A program made the position numbers and the translations under genes. This document shows, one piece after another, positions 23,870 through 35,265 of a stretch of 37,187 nucleotides of DNA. The notes below the pieces were generated by a model. The model had not been told where the DNA came from and searched no databases. It saw only the letters and a program-made list of their open reading frames with translations. The stretch's first letter is position 1; each line of letters opens with the position of its first letter. Origin of the DNA: Octopus bimaculoides (Eukaryota); the NCBI RefSeq assembly GCF_001194135.2, contig NC_068982.1, forward strand, positions 23,162,451 through 23,199,637, written 5' to 3'.

Positions 23870-23918
23870 AAAAACAACAACACCAAAATAATAATAACAA
23901 CAACAACAACAATAATAA
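23813..23918 (+). repeat. (AAT)/(GAT)/(AAC) mosaic, 3' flank of R4 copy D
   Basis: In-phase triplet blocks. Confidence 0.95.
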
Positions 23919-23988
23919 TTCTTTCTGTTATAGGCGCAGGGCCTGAAATTTGGGGACGAGGACTAGTCGATTACATCGACCCCAGTGC
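23919..23988 (-). mobile_element. SINE-A tail-type-2 fragment (5'-truncated)
   Basis: ttctttctgttataggcgcagggcctgaaatttgggg...agtcgattacatcgaccccagtgc between AAT/AAC tracts. Confidence 0.82.
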
Positions 23989-24742
23989 AATGACAATAAA
24001 CAACAACAGCAACAACAACAACAACAACAATAATAATAATAATAAGAAGAAGAAGAATATTAATAATAATAATATGTGAGTGTGTGTGCATGTGTGTGTG
24101 TCTCTGTGTGGGTGATTTGTGTATATGTTTTGAACGAGTAACATAGCAAAAACGTAGTCGAAATTAGACATTTTTGACTCATCACAGATATTTAGTAGTT
24201 TCAACACTAATTCTTTCACTACAGCTACAAAACAAGACGGTGCTATCAAGGCCTTCTGGATGATATAATTGAAATATATCACCAGAATATAGGGAATAAG
24301 AATTATTCTGATTAGTATTATGTTCACCGCACTCTCCAGCACTGATGTGATTGTACAAATCAGTTGGCAGAGAAAAATATATACAAGAGACAAAAAAAAA
24401 AGATAAAAAAACAATCTTGAGAACACTAGAATATGAGAAAATTCAAACTTCTGGACAGAGGCACAGAAAAATGCTAAGAACCGAATATATCACCCGATGG
24501 ACTCAATGAAAAGAAACGATCTGAATCCCCAGTAATAGCAAATCCGAAAAGGGAGTCATCAACAACATAAGTGTGACTTCTAAAGCTTTAATTGTAGCAA
24601 TACAGGAGCGAAAAAACGCTACTTCTCTACAGAAGAGTAAGTGTGGATTGTATGACGGTAATCACTTCCTGTGCAACAAAAGCATCAATGAATGATGTCG
24701 GAGGTTTAAAAAAAGATGTTCAAAACGAGAAATTTACTAATA

Positions 24743-25325
24743 TAGGTTTAGGTGTGGCTGTGTGGTAAAAAGCTCCGAGTTTAGTTCTATCGCGTGCCAC
24801 CTTGGCGAGTTTCTCTATTTTAGCCTTGGGCGGATCGAAGCCTTCTGAATGGATTTGATAGATGGAAACTGAAAGAGGCCAGTCGTGTATATGTATATAC
24901 ATGCCAATGTGCGTGTGTGTCCTTGTGTTTGTGTTTGACCCTCCACCACCATTTGACAACCGGTTGGTGTGTTTGGGTCCCCTATAACTCAGGTGTTCGG
25001 CAAAAGAGATTGATTGGCAGAAACGTTAGCACGCCGGGCGAAATGCTTAGCGGTATTTCGTCTGCCGTTACGTTCTGAGTTCAAATTCCGCCGAGGCCGA
25101 CTTTGCCTTTCATCCTTTCGGGGTCGATTAAATAATTACCAGTTAGGGATTGGGGTCGATGTAATCGAGTTAATCCATTTGTCTGTCCTTGTTTGTACCC
25201 TCTATGTTTAGCCCCTTGTGGGTAATAAAAAAAAAAATAAGTAAACACTGGCTCGACACATTCGACAAAAATTCTTCAGGTAGGTGACCCAGCATAGCCG
25301 CAGTCTAATGAATTAAACAAATAAA
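24743..25325 (+). mobile_element. SINE-B, near full length, interrupted by SINE-A
   Basis: Head gtgtggctgtgtggtaa, CORE-like ccaccttggcgag, ggaaactgaaagaggccagtcg, TG tract, ttgacaaccggt...gttcggcaaaagag | insertion | ataagta...cagcatagccgcagtctaatga tail. Confidence 0.85.
25014..25237 (+). mobile_element. SINE-A, tail type 1, low divergence, nested
   Basis: A-box-like 25015-29, B box GTTCAAATTCC 25079-89, central domain, A-rich end; high identity to the copies at 2956 and 36342. Confidence 0.93.
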
Positions 25326-25489
25326 AGGTAACAGAATTTTTACGATATTGTTTCCTTTCTGTGAATCTCAAAATCATTGAATCCTGGAGTTATCTGTCAT
25401 AGATATGTCAACTGTAATATGTATCTACATATTAAATACGATATGACAAAATGAAAAACAATTATGCAGATACAGAATAGACAATTATG

Positions 25490-25950
25490 AAATTTAAGAC
25501 TATATGTTTTAAAGAAGGAATATTGCTTTGATCTTGTATCTACGTCTTATCCACTTTTTACTGACACACTTATCGAATATGTTACACGCCATAGTACTTG
25601 GATACTGGCTATTCGGTAAAAAGTATTCAACAATCATTTGTATATCGATGGCTTCAAGTTACACGACAAAGTCGAGGGAAGAAACAAAAATGCCGCTTTT
25701 AGATTTTACACGAATTTACAAAATAAATTGGCATGAGAGGGGCATGATAAAAAATACAAAGCTGCAAATAGAGGGAACAAGTATAACATTAATGCTATGT
25801 TAATTAAAGAAGTATATACAGGAGAATTAAGCCAAAGATAGGCTTACATTTGCTTCTGAATCAATTACGATGTGGATGGAGTAGAGTCAGCGATTCAACG
25901 AAAAGGTTAGGAAGGAAGAATGTATAAGTAAAGATAAACAGTTAGGTAGA
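25490..25950 (+). mobile_element. Old R4/Dong-clade RT-core fragment
   Basis: LLTHLSNMLHAIVLGY (cf. AL.PLS..L...GY), NNHLYIDGFKLH at 25629-25664 (cf. INHLLYMDDLKLY), KVRKE downstream; heavily decayed. Confidence 0.55.
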
Positions 25951-26519
25951 AGACATCGTCGGGATTCTATTTGTGCCCCCTATAAGATATGTTTCCTTAT
26001 GCACAGTATAAATTAGCAGGAATGCACATAAAGCTAAATATAATATTAGTCTCATTTAGAATATACCATCAACAATATTTCTCTGTGATTGAGAACTATT
26101 GTCGACTTTGCGGGACGACCTTGGCAACACGGAGCAATTTTAAAATATCCTCTATGAATATATCTAGTGAAGAACAAAAGGAAACTTCGAAAACTGATTC
26201 AAAACACTAACCACAACAAATCTACTATTTTTAAGACAGCCCAAAATTAGGAAACAGTCTTATATGTAAGACTGATTTGAGAAGAAAATAAAATAAAACG
26301 TGGGAAGATAAAATCTGAACTAGGATCGTGATTTAGGCCTAAAATGATATGGGGGTGGGGAATATACAGAGTAATGTCGAAGCAGTGCAGGGATTGAACT
26401 CGATTTAAAGGTGAGAATAAAGAATTCTGAACTACGACAGAGGATAAAAGATTTCTCACCTGAAGATACAGCTTGCATATAGTTAGGGAGTATGCTATAT
26501 ATAATTCCATAATACAATG

Positions 26520-26692
26520 GTTTTCAAATTTTGTCTTAAATCCAGTACTTGCTGTAACGCGCCCCAGAGGATGAGAGGTAAAGTCAATTACGGTGAAATT
26601 TGAAATCAGAAGGTAAAACATTGGAAGATCTCTTATTAATAAATTTGTTCGACGTCCTAAAGATTATAGCAGACTGCTGCTTTTATAGTAAT
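26520..26692 (-). mobile_element. SINE-A, tail type 3, highly diverged
   Basis: ttttcaaattttgtc...ccccagaggatgagaggtaaagtcaattacggtgaaatttgaaatcagaa...gcagactgctgctt. Confidence 0.7.
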
Positions 26693-26699
26693 ACTAAAC

Positions 26700-27090
26700 C
26701 TTCGTATTATAGGCACAAGTTCTGAAATTTGGTGGATGGGGCCTTATCCACTACCTCGAATCAAGTGCTCAAACTGGTATTTATTCAATCAAACCTGAAA
26801 AGATAAAAGGCAAAGTCTACCAAGCTGGAAGTTGAACACAAAACGTAAACTGGAAAAAAAGGCCACTTAATACTTTACTACTCTAGGTACAAAGCGCGAA
26901 ATTTTTGGGGAGGGGGTCAATCAATTAGATCGACCCAGTACACAACTGGTACTTAATTTATCGATCCCGAAAGGAAGAAAGGCAAAGTCGACCTCGGCGG
27001 AATTTGAACTCAGAACGTATAGACAGACAAAAAAAATGGCCACTTAATACTATGTAGGGCGTAGTAACGATTTTGGCAGCTCGCTGCTTT
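26700..27090 (-). mobile_element. Older SINE-A (tail type 2) split by a younger SINE-A
   Basis: 26700-26874 (tail and centre) resumes at 27052-27090 (head: taacgattttggcagctcgctgc); ggccacttaatact is duplicated at 26861-74 and 27038-51. Confidence 0.8.
26875..27037 (-). mobile_element. Younger 5'-truncated SINE-A (tail type 2), nested
   Basis: Near-consensus gacccagtacacaactggtacttaatttatcgatcccgaaagg...gtcgacctcggcggaatttgaactcagaacg. Confidence 0.88.
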
Positions 27091-27094
27091 AATA

Positions 27095-27300
27095 CTGATT
27101 TTCAAGTTTAGCACAGGGTTATCAATTTCGAGGCTAAATTTATTACGTCGGACCCAGTGTTCAGCTTGCACCTATTTCATTGACCCCGGAAAGGGATGAA
27201 AGATGAAGTCAACCTCGGTGAAATTTGAGCTTGAGCTAAAAACGGACGAAATGTTGCTAAGTATTTTGCCCGGTGTGCTAACGGTTCTGTCAGATTACGA
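27095..27300 (-). mobile_element. SINE-A, tail type 3, diverged
   Basis: ttttcaagtttagcacagg...gaccccggaaagggatgaaag...cctcggtgaaatttgag...gctaagtattttgcccggtgtgctaacgg. Confidence 0.8.
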
Positions 27301-27791
27301 AAATACGAAAAGTAACTATAAGTAAAAGTCTTACAAGGTCGTACAGAAAAGAAGAAAAATAATATTAAGCCGAAGAGAAGTTTGAGAGACATTCTTCGAT
27401 AAATATAAGGGGTCGAGTTAAAATTTGTGCAAAATTCGAGCAATTAAATGAAAACATAACGTGTAATAAATCACGGATCTCGAGCAATATGTGTATGTGT
27501 GTATATAAATGCATATATATATATATGTATCAATAAGAAAATGGAGTGGATCAAGATTTGGTATTCAATAGCTTATAGACATATTATGTCTATTTACTTA
27601 TTAAAAAAAAACACAATTATAGCAATATAGATACCCATTTATTAAACTCAGTAATGTAATTGCCATGCAATGAAAAACACTTGTGTATTGATAATTGGGT
27701 ATTCTACCAACATTTAAGTGGATAGATATTATCCCTTGGGTGGTTGGATTTACAATCTCTTACTCTTTTAAAATTATATATATATATATAT

Positions 27792-28054
27792 ATAATTATT
27801 TAAAATTATAATACAGGGTATCAAGAGATACCACCACGCTGAAAAAATAGCAGTCAAATCCTGACTCCAAAACCACAATAAATGTCCACAAGGCACGATT
27901 AGCGAAGACGAAGACCAAATAAACCAGTAAAAATAATAAGATAATTTCAAATCCTGGATTTCTGGCTTTGCATAAATGCTCTGCCTTCATCAGTGAAATA
28001 TACTCAAGTACATAAATACAAATGATACCCTGTATTATAATTTTAAATAATTAT
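27792..28054. mobile_element. MITE-like element with perfect 32-bp terminal inverted repeats
   Basis: ATAATTATTTAAAATTATAATACAGGGTATCA (27792-27823) is the exact reverse complement of 28023-28054; 199-bp non-coding spacer; (TA)n run on the left flank. Confidence 0.8.
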
Positions 28055-28788
28055 TACCTTTGATGGTTTTTATTCCCATGCTAACCACTTGATAAGATCA
28101 ATATTTTAAATACCAATCTTATCCTTATTTATATAAATTAGTTTTGTCAGTGTATTTACTGCGCTNNNNNNNNNNNNNNNNNNNNNNNNNNNNNNNNNNN
28201 NNNNNNNNNNNNNNNNNNNNNNNNNNNNNNNNNNNNNNNNNNNNNNNNNNNNNNNNNNNNNNNNNNNNNNNNNNNNNNNNNNNNNNNNNNNNNNNNNNNN
28301 NNNNNNNNNNNNNNNNNNNNNNNNNNNNNNNNNNNNNNNNNNNNNNNNNNNNNNNNNNNNNNNNNNNNNNNNNNNNNNNNNNNNNNNNNNNNNNNNNNNN
28401 NNNNNNNNNNNNNNNNNNNNNNNNNNNNNNNNNNNNNNNNNNNNNNNNNNNNNNNNNNNNNNNNNNNNNNNNNNNNNNNNNNNNNNNNNNNNNNNNNNNN
28501 NNNNNNNNNNNNNNNNNNNNNNNNNNNNNNNNNNNNNNNNNNNNNNNNNNNNNNNNNNNNNNNNNNNNNNNNNNNNNNNNNNNNNNNNNNNNNNNNNNNN
28601 NNNNNNNNNNNNNNNNNNNNNNNNNNNNNNNNNNNNNNNNNNNNNNNNNNNNNNNNNNNNNNNNNNNNNNNNNNNNNNNNNNNNNNNNNNNNNNNNNNNN
28701 NNNNNNNNNNNNNNNNNNNNNNNNNNNNNNNNNNNNNNNNNNNNNNNNNNNNNNNNNNNNNNNNNNNNNATATATGTGTGTGTGTGTG

Positions 28789-28821
<33 letters not shown>

Positions 28822-30124
28822 TTGTGTGTTTGTGTGTGTGTGTGCGTACGTGTGTGTTTGCACGTGTGTATATTGTGTTTGTGTGATAGTATGTGTGTGT
28901 ATCTATCTCACGTATCATATCTTAGTGAACTTATTCCGCAGTGTTCCTGCACTCATTAGACAATCCTCACCGTGCAACACAGTAACGGTACTGATCTAAC
29001 AACATGAAAACTCACTTCAATACTTCGGTCATTCATACACGATCTATGCCACTTAAAAATTTTGAATTAACTCCTTCACTTTATTCTTATCGACTGTACT
29101 CTCGACAATATAGCACACCATTGTATGACCACTACCCAATATTTTTACTGCTAACAAATCCATAACATGTCTCCTAATCCATCACCATTGTCATTTAATA
29201 TGTAGTTTTGAAGATCAACCTTATATATTTTACGATATGTATTACTGCAGATTAAGATATGTTCACTTAAGCTTTTTCTGCGATTAATAAGATCATATCG
29301 ACACATATGTGTATGTAATTTTCGAATACAAACAGAATATTTATTTTCCTTTCCTTATTTACTCTGAAATATCATTTAACCTGATGGGTTTAATGTGAAC
29401 ATTAACTATTTTTTATTTATACCAATTCTATAATTCTTAACGAACAATTATAGATGGTTTTTCCTCTCTAATCTTTCTGTATGTTTTTGCCTCCAAATAC
29501 AAGTTAGTAGAATTGACTTGTTTTATAACAATTTCTATCAGCGTTAAAACATTGAAGGAAGAAGCAACAAAAATTGTAAGAATTAAAAATAAAACGAAAT
29601 CACTAGGCAGAATATAAAAAAAAATACCCATCAGACCAGAAGCAGCAACGCTACCACGGTAATAATAATGATTAAAGGAATACAAAAAACAAAAATACAC
29701 AAAAACACAGTAGCAAAATTATTTAGAAGAATATTGATTTACTAATAACCAATGAACTTTTTCTAGAATATAAATTACTTGTGTGTTTAACGTGGCAATT
29801 TGAAGTGTCACACTCATTTAGCAAATAATAGAAAAAGCTAATTATTCAACTATCAAAACTTAAAAACAATTATTAATAAAAACAAAAATAATTTGCCCCT
29901 AATTTTAATGTGATAGAAAGTTCTAAGGATTGTCAGTTAGTTTCATGACTTAATTGAAAATAAATGAACACTTGGTCCATAAGGTTGAACAAATAAGAGT
30001 CTACAACGCTTTCACCTTCTTTATGTAATATGACCAGAATGATGAAATGATATAATTTATTAACTCAGAATGAAATATTAAATTTGTTTTCGTCAGTAAT
30101 TCAGCGGTAATTATAAATATATCT

Positions 30125-30280
30125 TGGGGGCAGCCTCATGTTGCCAGTTCGATTTATTCATTTCACGTTCAATTCCAATAGAGGAAAACTCGGGCGAGTG
30201 TCTCCCAAAATAAACTTAAGTCAACCAAAACTTTCTGAGAGAAATTGGATTGACGGGAACAGCGTAGAAAACAGTTTTTG
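30125..30280 (+). mobile_element. Very degenerate SINE-B-like head/CORE
   Basis: gttcaattcc...ctcgggcgagtgtctc...caaccaaaactttctgagagaaattggattgacgggaacagcgtagaa is colinear with SINE-B. Confidence 0.4.
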
Positions 30281-30922
30281 TGCCTCACCTGATTTCTACT
30301 TCATCATCGAGTCTAAAATAATAACGTCCAATCGCTGTATTTAAGACATCTCATGTAAGCATTCGGTATATTTCATCAAAATGATGGTGTCTTTCCCACA
30401 TTCTCTGAGTAATTCTGTACCCGCAAAAACAATATATAAAAAAAAAAATGATCAATATCTCCGAAATCATACATATAGTCTTGAAAAAGAAATGTATTTT
30501 ATAAGCACACTGAAAAGATAAGTACTTATAAATGGTAACTGTTCAAAGTGCGAGCGAATTTTATCACGTGTGTAATTTGTGGACTGGTGCTGTACAATAA
30601 TAACTACAAAACAAAACCGGTTATTGCATAAGAAAAAATATGTTGACCAACATATTTTGAGTTTTGTTGAGGCTAAGATTGGTCTTAACCTGAAAATTTT
30701 AGCATATTCGTACACAAAATTTTATTCAAATTCTTTTTTTTAATTTTTGTGTAATATTTCTCTGTTTGTTTCTATATTTGTTCTATTGTTCACTCTTGTA
30801 TAAGACGAAAAAAAGACAAACTGAAACTAAATATGTCATTAGGTTAATATCAATGATCACAGAGATAAAAAGAATTTAAAAAAAATATTTTATTTAAATC
30901 TGTCAATTATAAACTTAGATAT

Positions 30923-30924
<2 letters not shown>

Positions 30925-30989
<65 letters not shown>
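30925..30989. repeat. (AC)n microsatellite
   Basis: ~32 perfect units. Confidence 0.98.
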
Positions 30990-30990
<1 letters not shown>

Positions 30991-30994
30991 TTTA

Positions 30995-31360
30995 TCTTCT
31001 ACCGGTTAATCATTGGGCTGCAGCCATGTAATGGCAGTGATTTATAGGAATTTAGTCGCACAAATCGATCACCATGCACCGTTTTTTTTATAGTCTTGTG
31101 CTAGTACTAATTGTATGGTTCTTTTTTTTGTTATGGAATCGTCAGGTTTTTGCAACATAAACAAACCAACACTGACAGTCAAACAATGGTAGAGAAAAAA
31201 ATTCAAAAAACACGAAAAACAAAATGTTCTGCTCAAAATATATATACATATACGACGGGCTACTTTCAGTTTCTGTCTACGAAATCTACTCTCTAAATGT
31301 TGCTAAATTAGATGCTTTAAAAAGAAGATATTTGTCAAAAATACAAGGGAATATATCTGA
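30995..31360 (-). mobile_element. SINE-B, diverged, 5'-truncated
   Basis: Tail cattgggctgcagccatg...tttagtcgcacaaatcgat, then tatacgacgggctactttcagtttctgtctacgaaatc (uninterrupted at the SINE-A insertion site). Confidence 0.7.
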
Positions 31361-31620
31361 ATTTATGTGTGTATAACACACGCGTGCACGCATATGCTGC
31401 GTGTCAGGAAATTTCACTTGGTGTATTCAGTGTTGAGTTTGAAATTTTGATCATTGAATCAATTTATGCGTTATCAGGCAGACCTCCTGGGTCATATTGC
31501 AGACAACTTACACCACATTAGGGATCGTTTTACTTCTTGTTGTACGGTCTGAAAAGAACCGTTGTAATGTTTATATCTGAAGAATGTGAATCTTACGTCG
31601 AACCAGACATCACCAGTAGA

Positions 31621-31810
31621 CTTAAGAGCTTGCACTAAGACTTGATGGCTGAGGGCGTCTTTGATTTAAAATTTTCAGAGGAGATTCCGTTTGAGAGTGG
31701 AGTAAAGTGAGGCGTTATTCCTGCTCTCACACTGTTATTCTTTGGTACTCCATTCACGCGTACGTGATAAGAGTGTCCTCTTGTAGCTGAGAACTACTGG
31801 AAGACTACAC
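31621..31810 (+). mobile_element. RTE-clade LINE reverse transcriptase fragment
   Basis: LKSLH*DLMAEGVFDLKFSEEIPFESGVK*GVIPALTLLFF (cf. IRSLH..M...V..DG..SE.F.I.SGVKQGCVLAPTLF), then LRTTGRL (cf. RTDGKL). Confidence 0.7.
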
Positions 31811-31814
31811 GTAC

Positions 31815-31975
31815 GCATATACAGACCCACGAGCTAAATTTATTCACATAGTATTGGTTGGTACGGTGTATAATATAAGAAACTTACCTAAGGTGAAGTA
31901 CGGCGGGATAGACCTGAAACCACGCAGTTTCCATTGCAAGGTTTATCATCACAGAGACATGCCTACCCCTATCTA
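31815..31975 (-). mobile_element. SINE-B head, diverged
   Basis: aagaaacttacctaaggtg...gacctgaaaccacg...ttatcatcacagagacatgcctac is colinear with the reverse complement of the SINE-B head (cf. 36660-36755). Confidence 0.6.
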
Positions 31976-33559
31976 TCAATCTAAATGTCTGTACTTATTT
32001 AAACATCAATACTATTTATTTAATCAGTTTAAAAGTCTGTGTAATTCTGGAAAGAAATGACAGTGTGGGAAATTTGTATAATACGCGTTACAGAAAGAAA
32101 AACAAATTAAATGTTTAGAAGAGATAAAAATTAAGAATTTCGTAAGTTACAGTTAAAATCTTTTGTGTAACTTTATTGAATTAGAAGAACTTAAATTATC
32201 TTTGGTTGATAGATCCATGAAATATGTTTTATTTCCACACCTTTTCAAACTACTTTTCAATACCTTTGCAGTCGCCCTCCTAGTGTATTCGACACTGCAA
32301 CAACTCTCCGCAAATGCAAAAATGCGATTGTATACGACTAGTTCCCAATCGAATGTTGTTGAAAAGAAAATGGTCCGGTCGAGGAAAGAAAGTTTTTGCC
32401 CAGTATTTGAGAATCTTTAATATGTTGATCTACCTGGTTTCAGTTAATGGGAACTTAAATTGTTCTCAATATTTTTTTTTCTACTATTCAAGAACTATTC
32501 TTATGCTAAACGATTTCCCATATAAAAAATTTGGAATGTCGTCATTTTGTCCATTTTTTGTGCTAATATATCTCGTTTCCTGCCTTTCTTAATATCTGTA
32601 TGAACAGATATCAGAACCATTGTTACGTGTATATATTTTTTGTACATAGTTAAGATTTTTTGGGAGACGGAATGTTTGCTTTCTGTTGTTTTTTTTTTAC
32701 CCCTTTTGTCTGATCTCGTTTGCCAGACAATCGATAAATAATGCATTTTTACGTCACTGTATTTTCGTCGGAATATCTTTCTTTGTCTCTCTACACATAC
32801 ATAGAGACACACACACACATAGAAAGATATTTCATTTATATAAACACAACCACCCACCTACAAACACACACTCACATACACACACGCACACAGACATAAT
32901 ATTTGAAAATGATAATTATAACAAAGCACACCAACATAATTTTCTCCTCGGACTGTTTCACTAGACCATTTGGTGAAAGGGGAACAATGATTGGTCAGAA
33001 ACGATGCTTTTCATAATATTGCACAGGGGATACAGGAATAAGAGAAGAGCTGGAGAGAGTAAGACAGAGTGAGATTGAAACGGAGAATCTATAACCCCAT
33101 GACTGACCGTTTCTTATTATTTTCACCGAAATAACCAAATACTAGTTTGGCCAGGGTGAGATTTGAACTCAGACAGATTAATAAAAAAAATCGTAAACTT
33201 TCCTACTGATTCATCGTCCTTCTGGCTTAAAACCATTCCCCAATAGACATATGTATAAATAGCTATACAAATACACACACTTCCATTTCAAAGACGTGTT
33301 ATATATAATTTAATATTTCAAATTATGATTTTGGGCTTTTCTTCTTTCCAATAAATAAATATTAGAATATACCTCGTCCATTATCACTTTCCATTTTACT
33401 CTACTTACAATAATATTTCCTTTATTTCTTTTAAAATTTTACATTAAATGCAAGACTAATATACACTGTCTGCATCCAGTAGTAAATCATGTTAGGAAAA
33501 TATATAATATACAAAAGATCAATATATCAATATTAATTGTATACAGCACGCACACACAC

Positions 33560-33735
33560 ACAAATGAATATATATATATATATATATNNNNNNNNNNNNN
33601 NNNNNNNNNNNNNNNNNNNNNNNNNNNNNTATGTATATATAAATGAATATATATATATATATATAAATGAATATGTATGTATACATCAATGAATATATAT
33701 ATATAAATGAATATGTATATATATAGAATATATAT
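33560..33735. repeat. Compound minisatellite AAATGAAT + variable (AT)n, ~6 units, spanning a gap
   Basis: The anchor aatgaatat recurs five times, separated by AT/ATGT runs of unequal length. Confidence 0.85.
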
Positions 33736-34317
33736 ACATATAATGTCTGTGTGTAATGTGCAGAGTTGAGAATATCTGTGTGCGTATATGCATCAGATAG
33801 TTTGTGTATGTGTTATAAATGTTTGGAACAAGAAAAGAAAGCATACCATAATATACTCTATATTATGTACAATGCACAGCTGTATATATACTTATATTTT
33901 TAATGAGCATTGAAGATCGTGCAATGTATATTGAGACGTGCATTATTCAATAAAACTTTGACGGCATGAGAATTCTGTAATTGGTAGGAATGTAGTTGAT
34001 ATATTCCATCTGAGTATATGATTGTTAGTTATTTGATCGACTTTGAATGAAGGAAACTGAAGGTCAATGCTACTTTTGCTATATCAGAGTGAAAGAAAAA
34101 AAAAACTATACGTGCTAGATTCTACCAGCAAACAAATATTATATCCGTTATGCTTGAGAATGTTCCAAATTTATCTACGCTAGCCATTTCCACCGTCAGA
34201 AAATAAAGCCTCATATATATAGCAAGAAGAAATAAATATGTGGTAGATGACAAGACGTTCATGAAACTAAATGAAACGGTTTCGATAGTAGGTTATCGAA
34301 TTTTTTTTGCCTACGAA

Positions 34318-34470
34318 AGCGCAGGCGTGGGTGCGTGGTCAGAAGCTTACTTCTCAGGCACATGGTCCAAAGTTCAGTCCCATTGCGGAGCAGGTGTCTT
34401 CTACTCTATCCTCGAGGGGACCAAAGTCTTGGGAGTGGTTTTCATAGACGGAAATTGAGAGTAGTCTGTC

Positions 34471-34517
<47 letters not shown>

Positions 34518-34720
34518 TGTATGTGTGTGTATGCGTCTCCTCCACCACTACTTGACAACTGGTGTCAGTTTCTTTACGTGGTTCGGCAAAAGAAACCGAT
34601 ATAATATGTACAAGGTTTTATGAAAACACCTGGGGTCGATTTATTCAAATATAAACCCTTTTATGCGGTGCTCCAACATAGCCGTGGTCAAGTGACTGAA
34701 AGGAGGAAAAGAAAAAAAGT
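34318..34720 (+). mobile_element. SINE-B, full length, uninterrupted
   Basis: Head gcgcaggcgtgggtgcgtggtcagaagc, B-box-like agttcagtccc, gacggaaattgagag, internal (TA)n/(TG), tail gcggtgctccaacatagccg...gactgaaa. Confidence 0.88.
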
Positions 34721-34819
34721 AAAGATATGAAATATAGATAAGAAAGTTTTTTTTTTATGTTATGATTGCATTTTGTTGCATAAATTCGATGTGATTTGTT
34801 TATGAATATAATTTAATGA

Positions 34820-34965
34820 AGGCCCGAAATTTTGGGGCAGGAGGCCAGTCGATTAGATCGACTCCAGTATGCAACTGGTACTTAATTTATCGACGCCGAA
34901 AGGATGAAATGCAAAGTCGACCTCGACAATATTTGAACTCAGAATATATACAGACGAAATACCTT
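34820..34965 (-). mobile_element. SINE-A, tail type 2, 5'-truncated
   Basis: aggcccgaaattttgggg...ccagtcgattagatcgactccagt...ggtacttaatttatcgacgccgaaaggatgaa...gtcgacctcg...tttgaactcagaa. Confidence 0.9.
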
Positions 34966-35070
34966 ATGATTAAAAGTTAAAATCAGTAATAATTTCACCA
35001 GGTAGTCAGTACGTAAATAAAAACATCATAGGTAAATTTCACAAAATATTTTAAAATTATATATATAATT

Positions 35071-35265
35071 ATAACAAGGGATCAGCTTTGGACCTCACCG
35101 AACACAGCAAGAAATGACGCTAAAGCCCCTATTACCCACGTTAAAATCTCCGAGAATAACACTATAATATAGTGTGTTATTTTGAGAGATTTTAAGGCGG
35201 TAATAGGGGCTTTAGTGTCGCTTTGTTGCAGTGTGTGGTGAGGTGTAATGCCGATCCCCTGTTGT
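35071..35265. repeat. Long imperfect palindrome (fold-back / MITE-like)
   Basis: Centre at 35167; arms 35093-35166 and 35168-35243 about 80% complementary by hand alignment, perfect 17-bp core 35120-36/35199-215; outer gggatc/gatccc at 35078-83/35253-58. Confidence 0.88.

Noticed and set aside
23971-24426. 151-aa hydrophobic minus-strand ORF (membrane protein?)
   Set aside because: The end is microsatellite, composition reflects AT-richness, and there are no receptor motifs or convincing splice sites.
26520-27300. CRISPR-like or regularly spaced array
   Set aside because: The repeats are diverged, unequal SINE copies with no constant repeat-spacer period; eukaryotic context, no cas genes.
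28920-29050. Possible CR1/L2-type LINE C-terminus (SELIP...RQSS...TV)
   Set aside because: Similarity too weak and short to support by eye.
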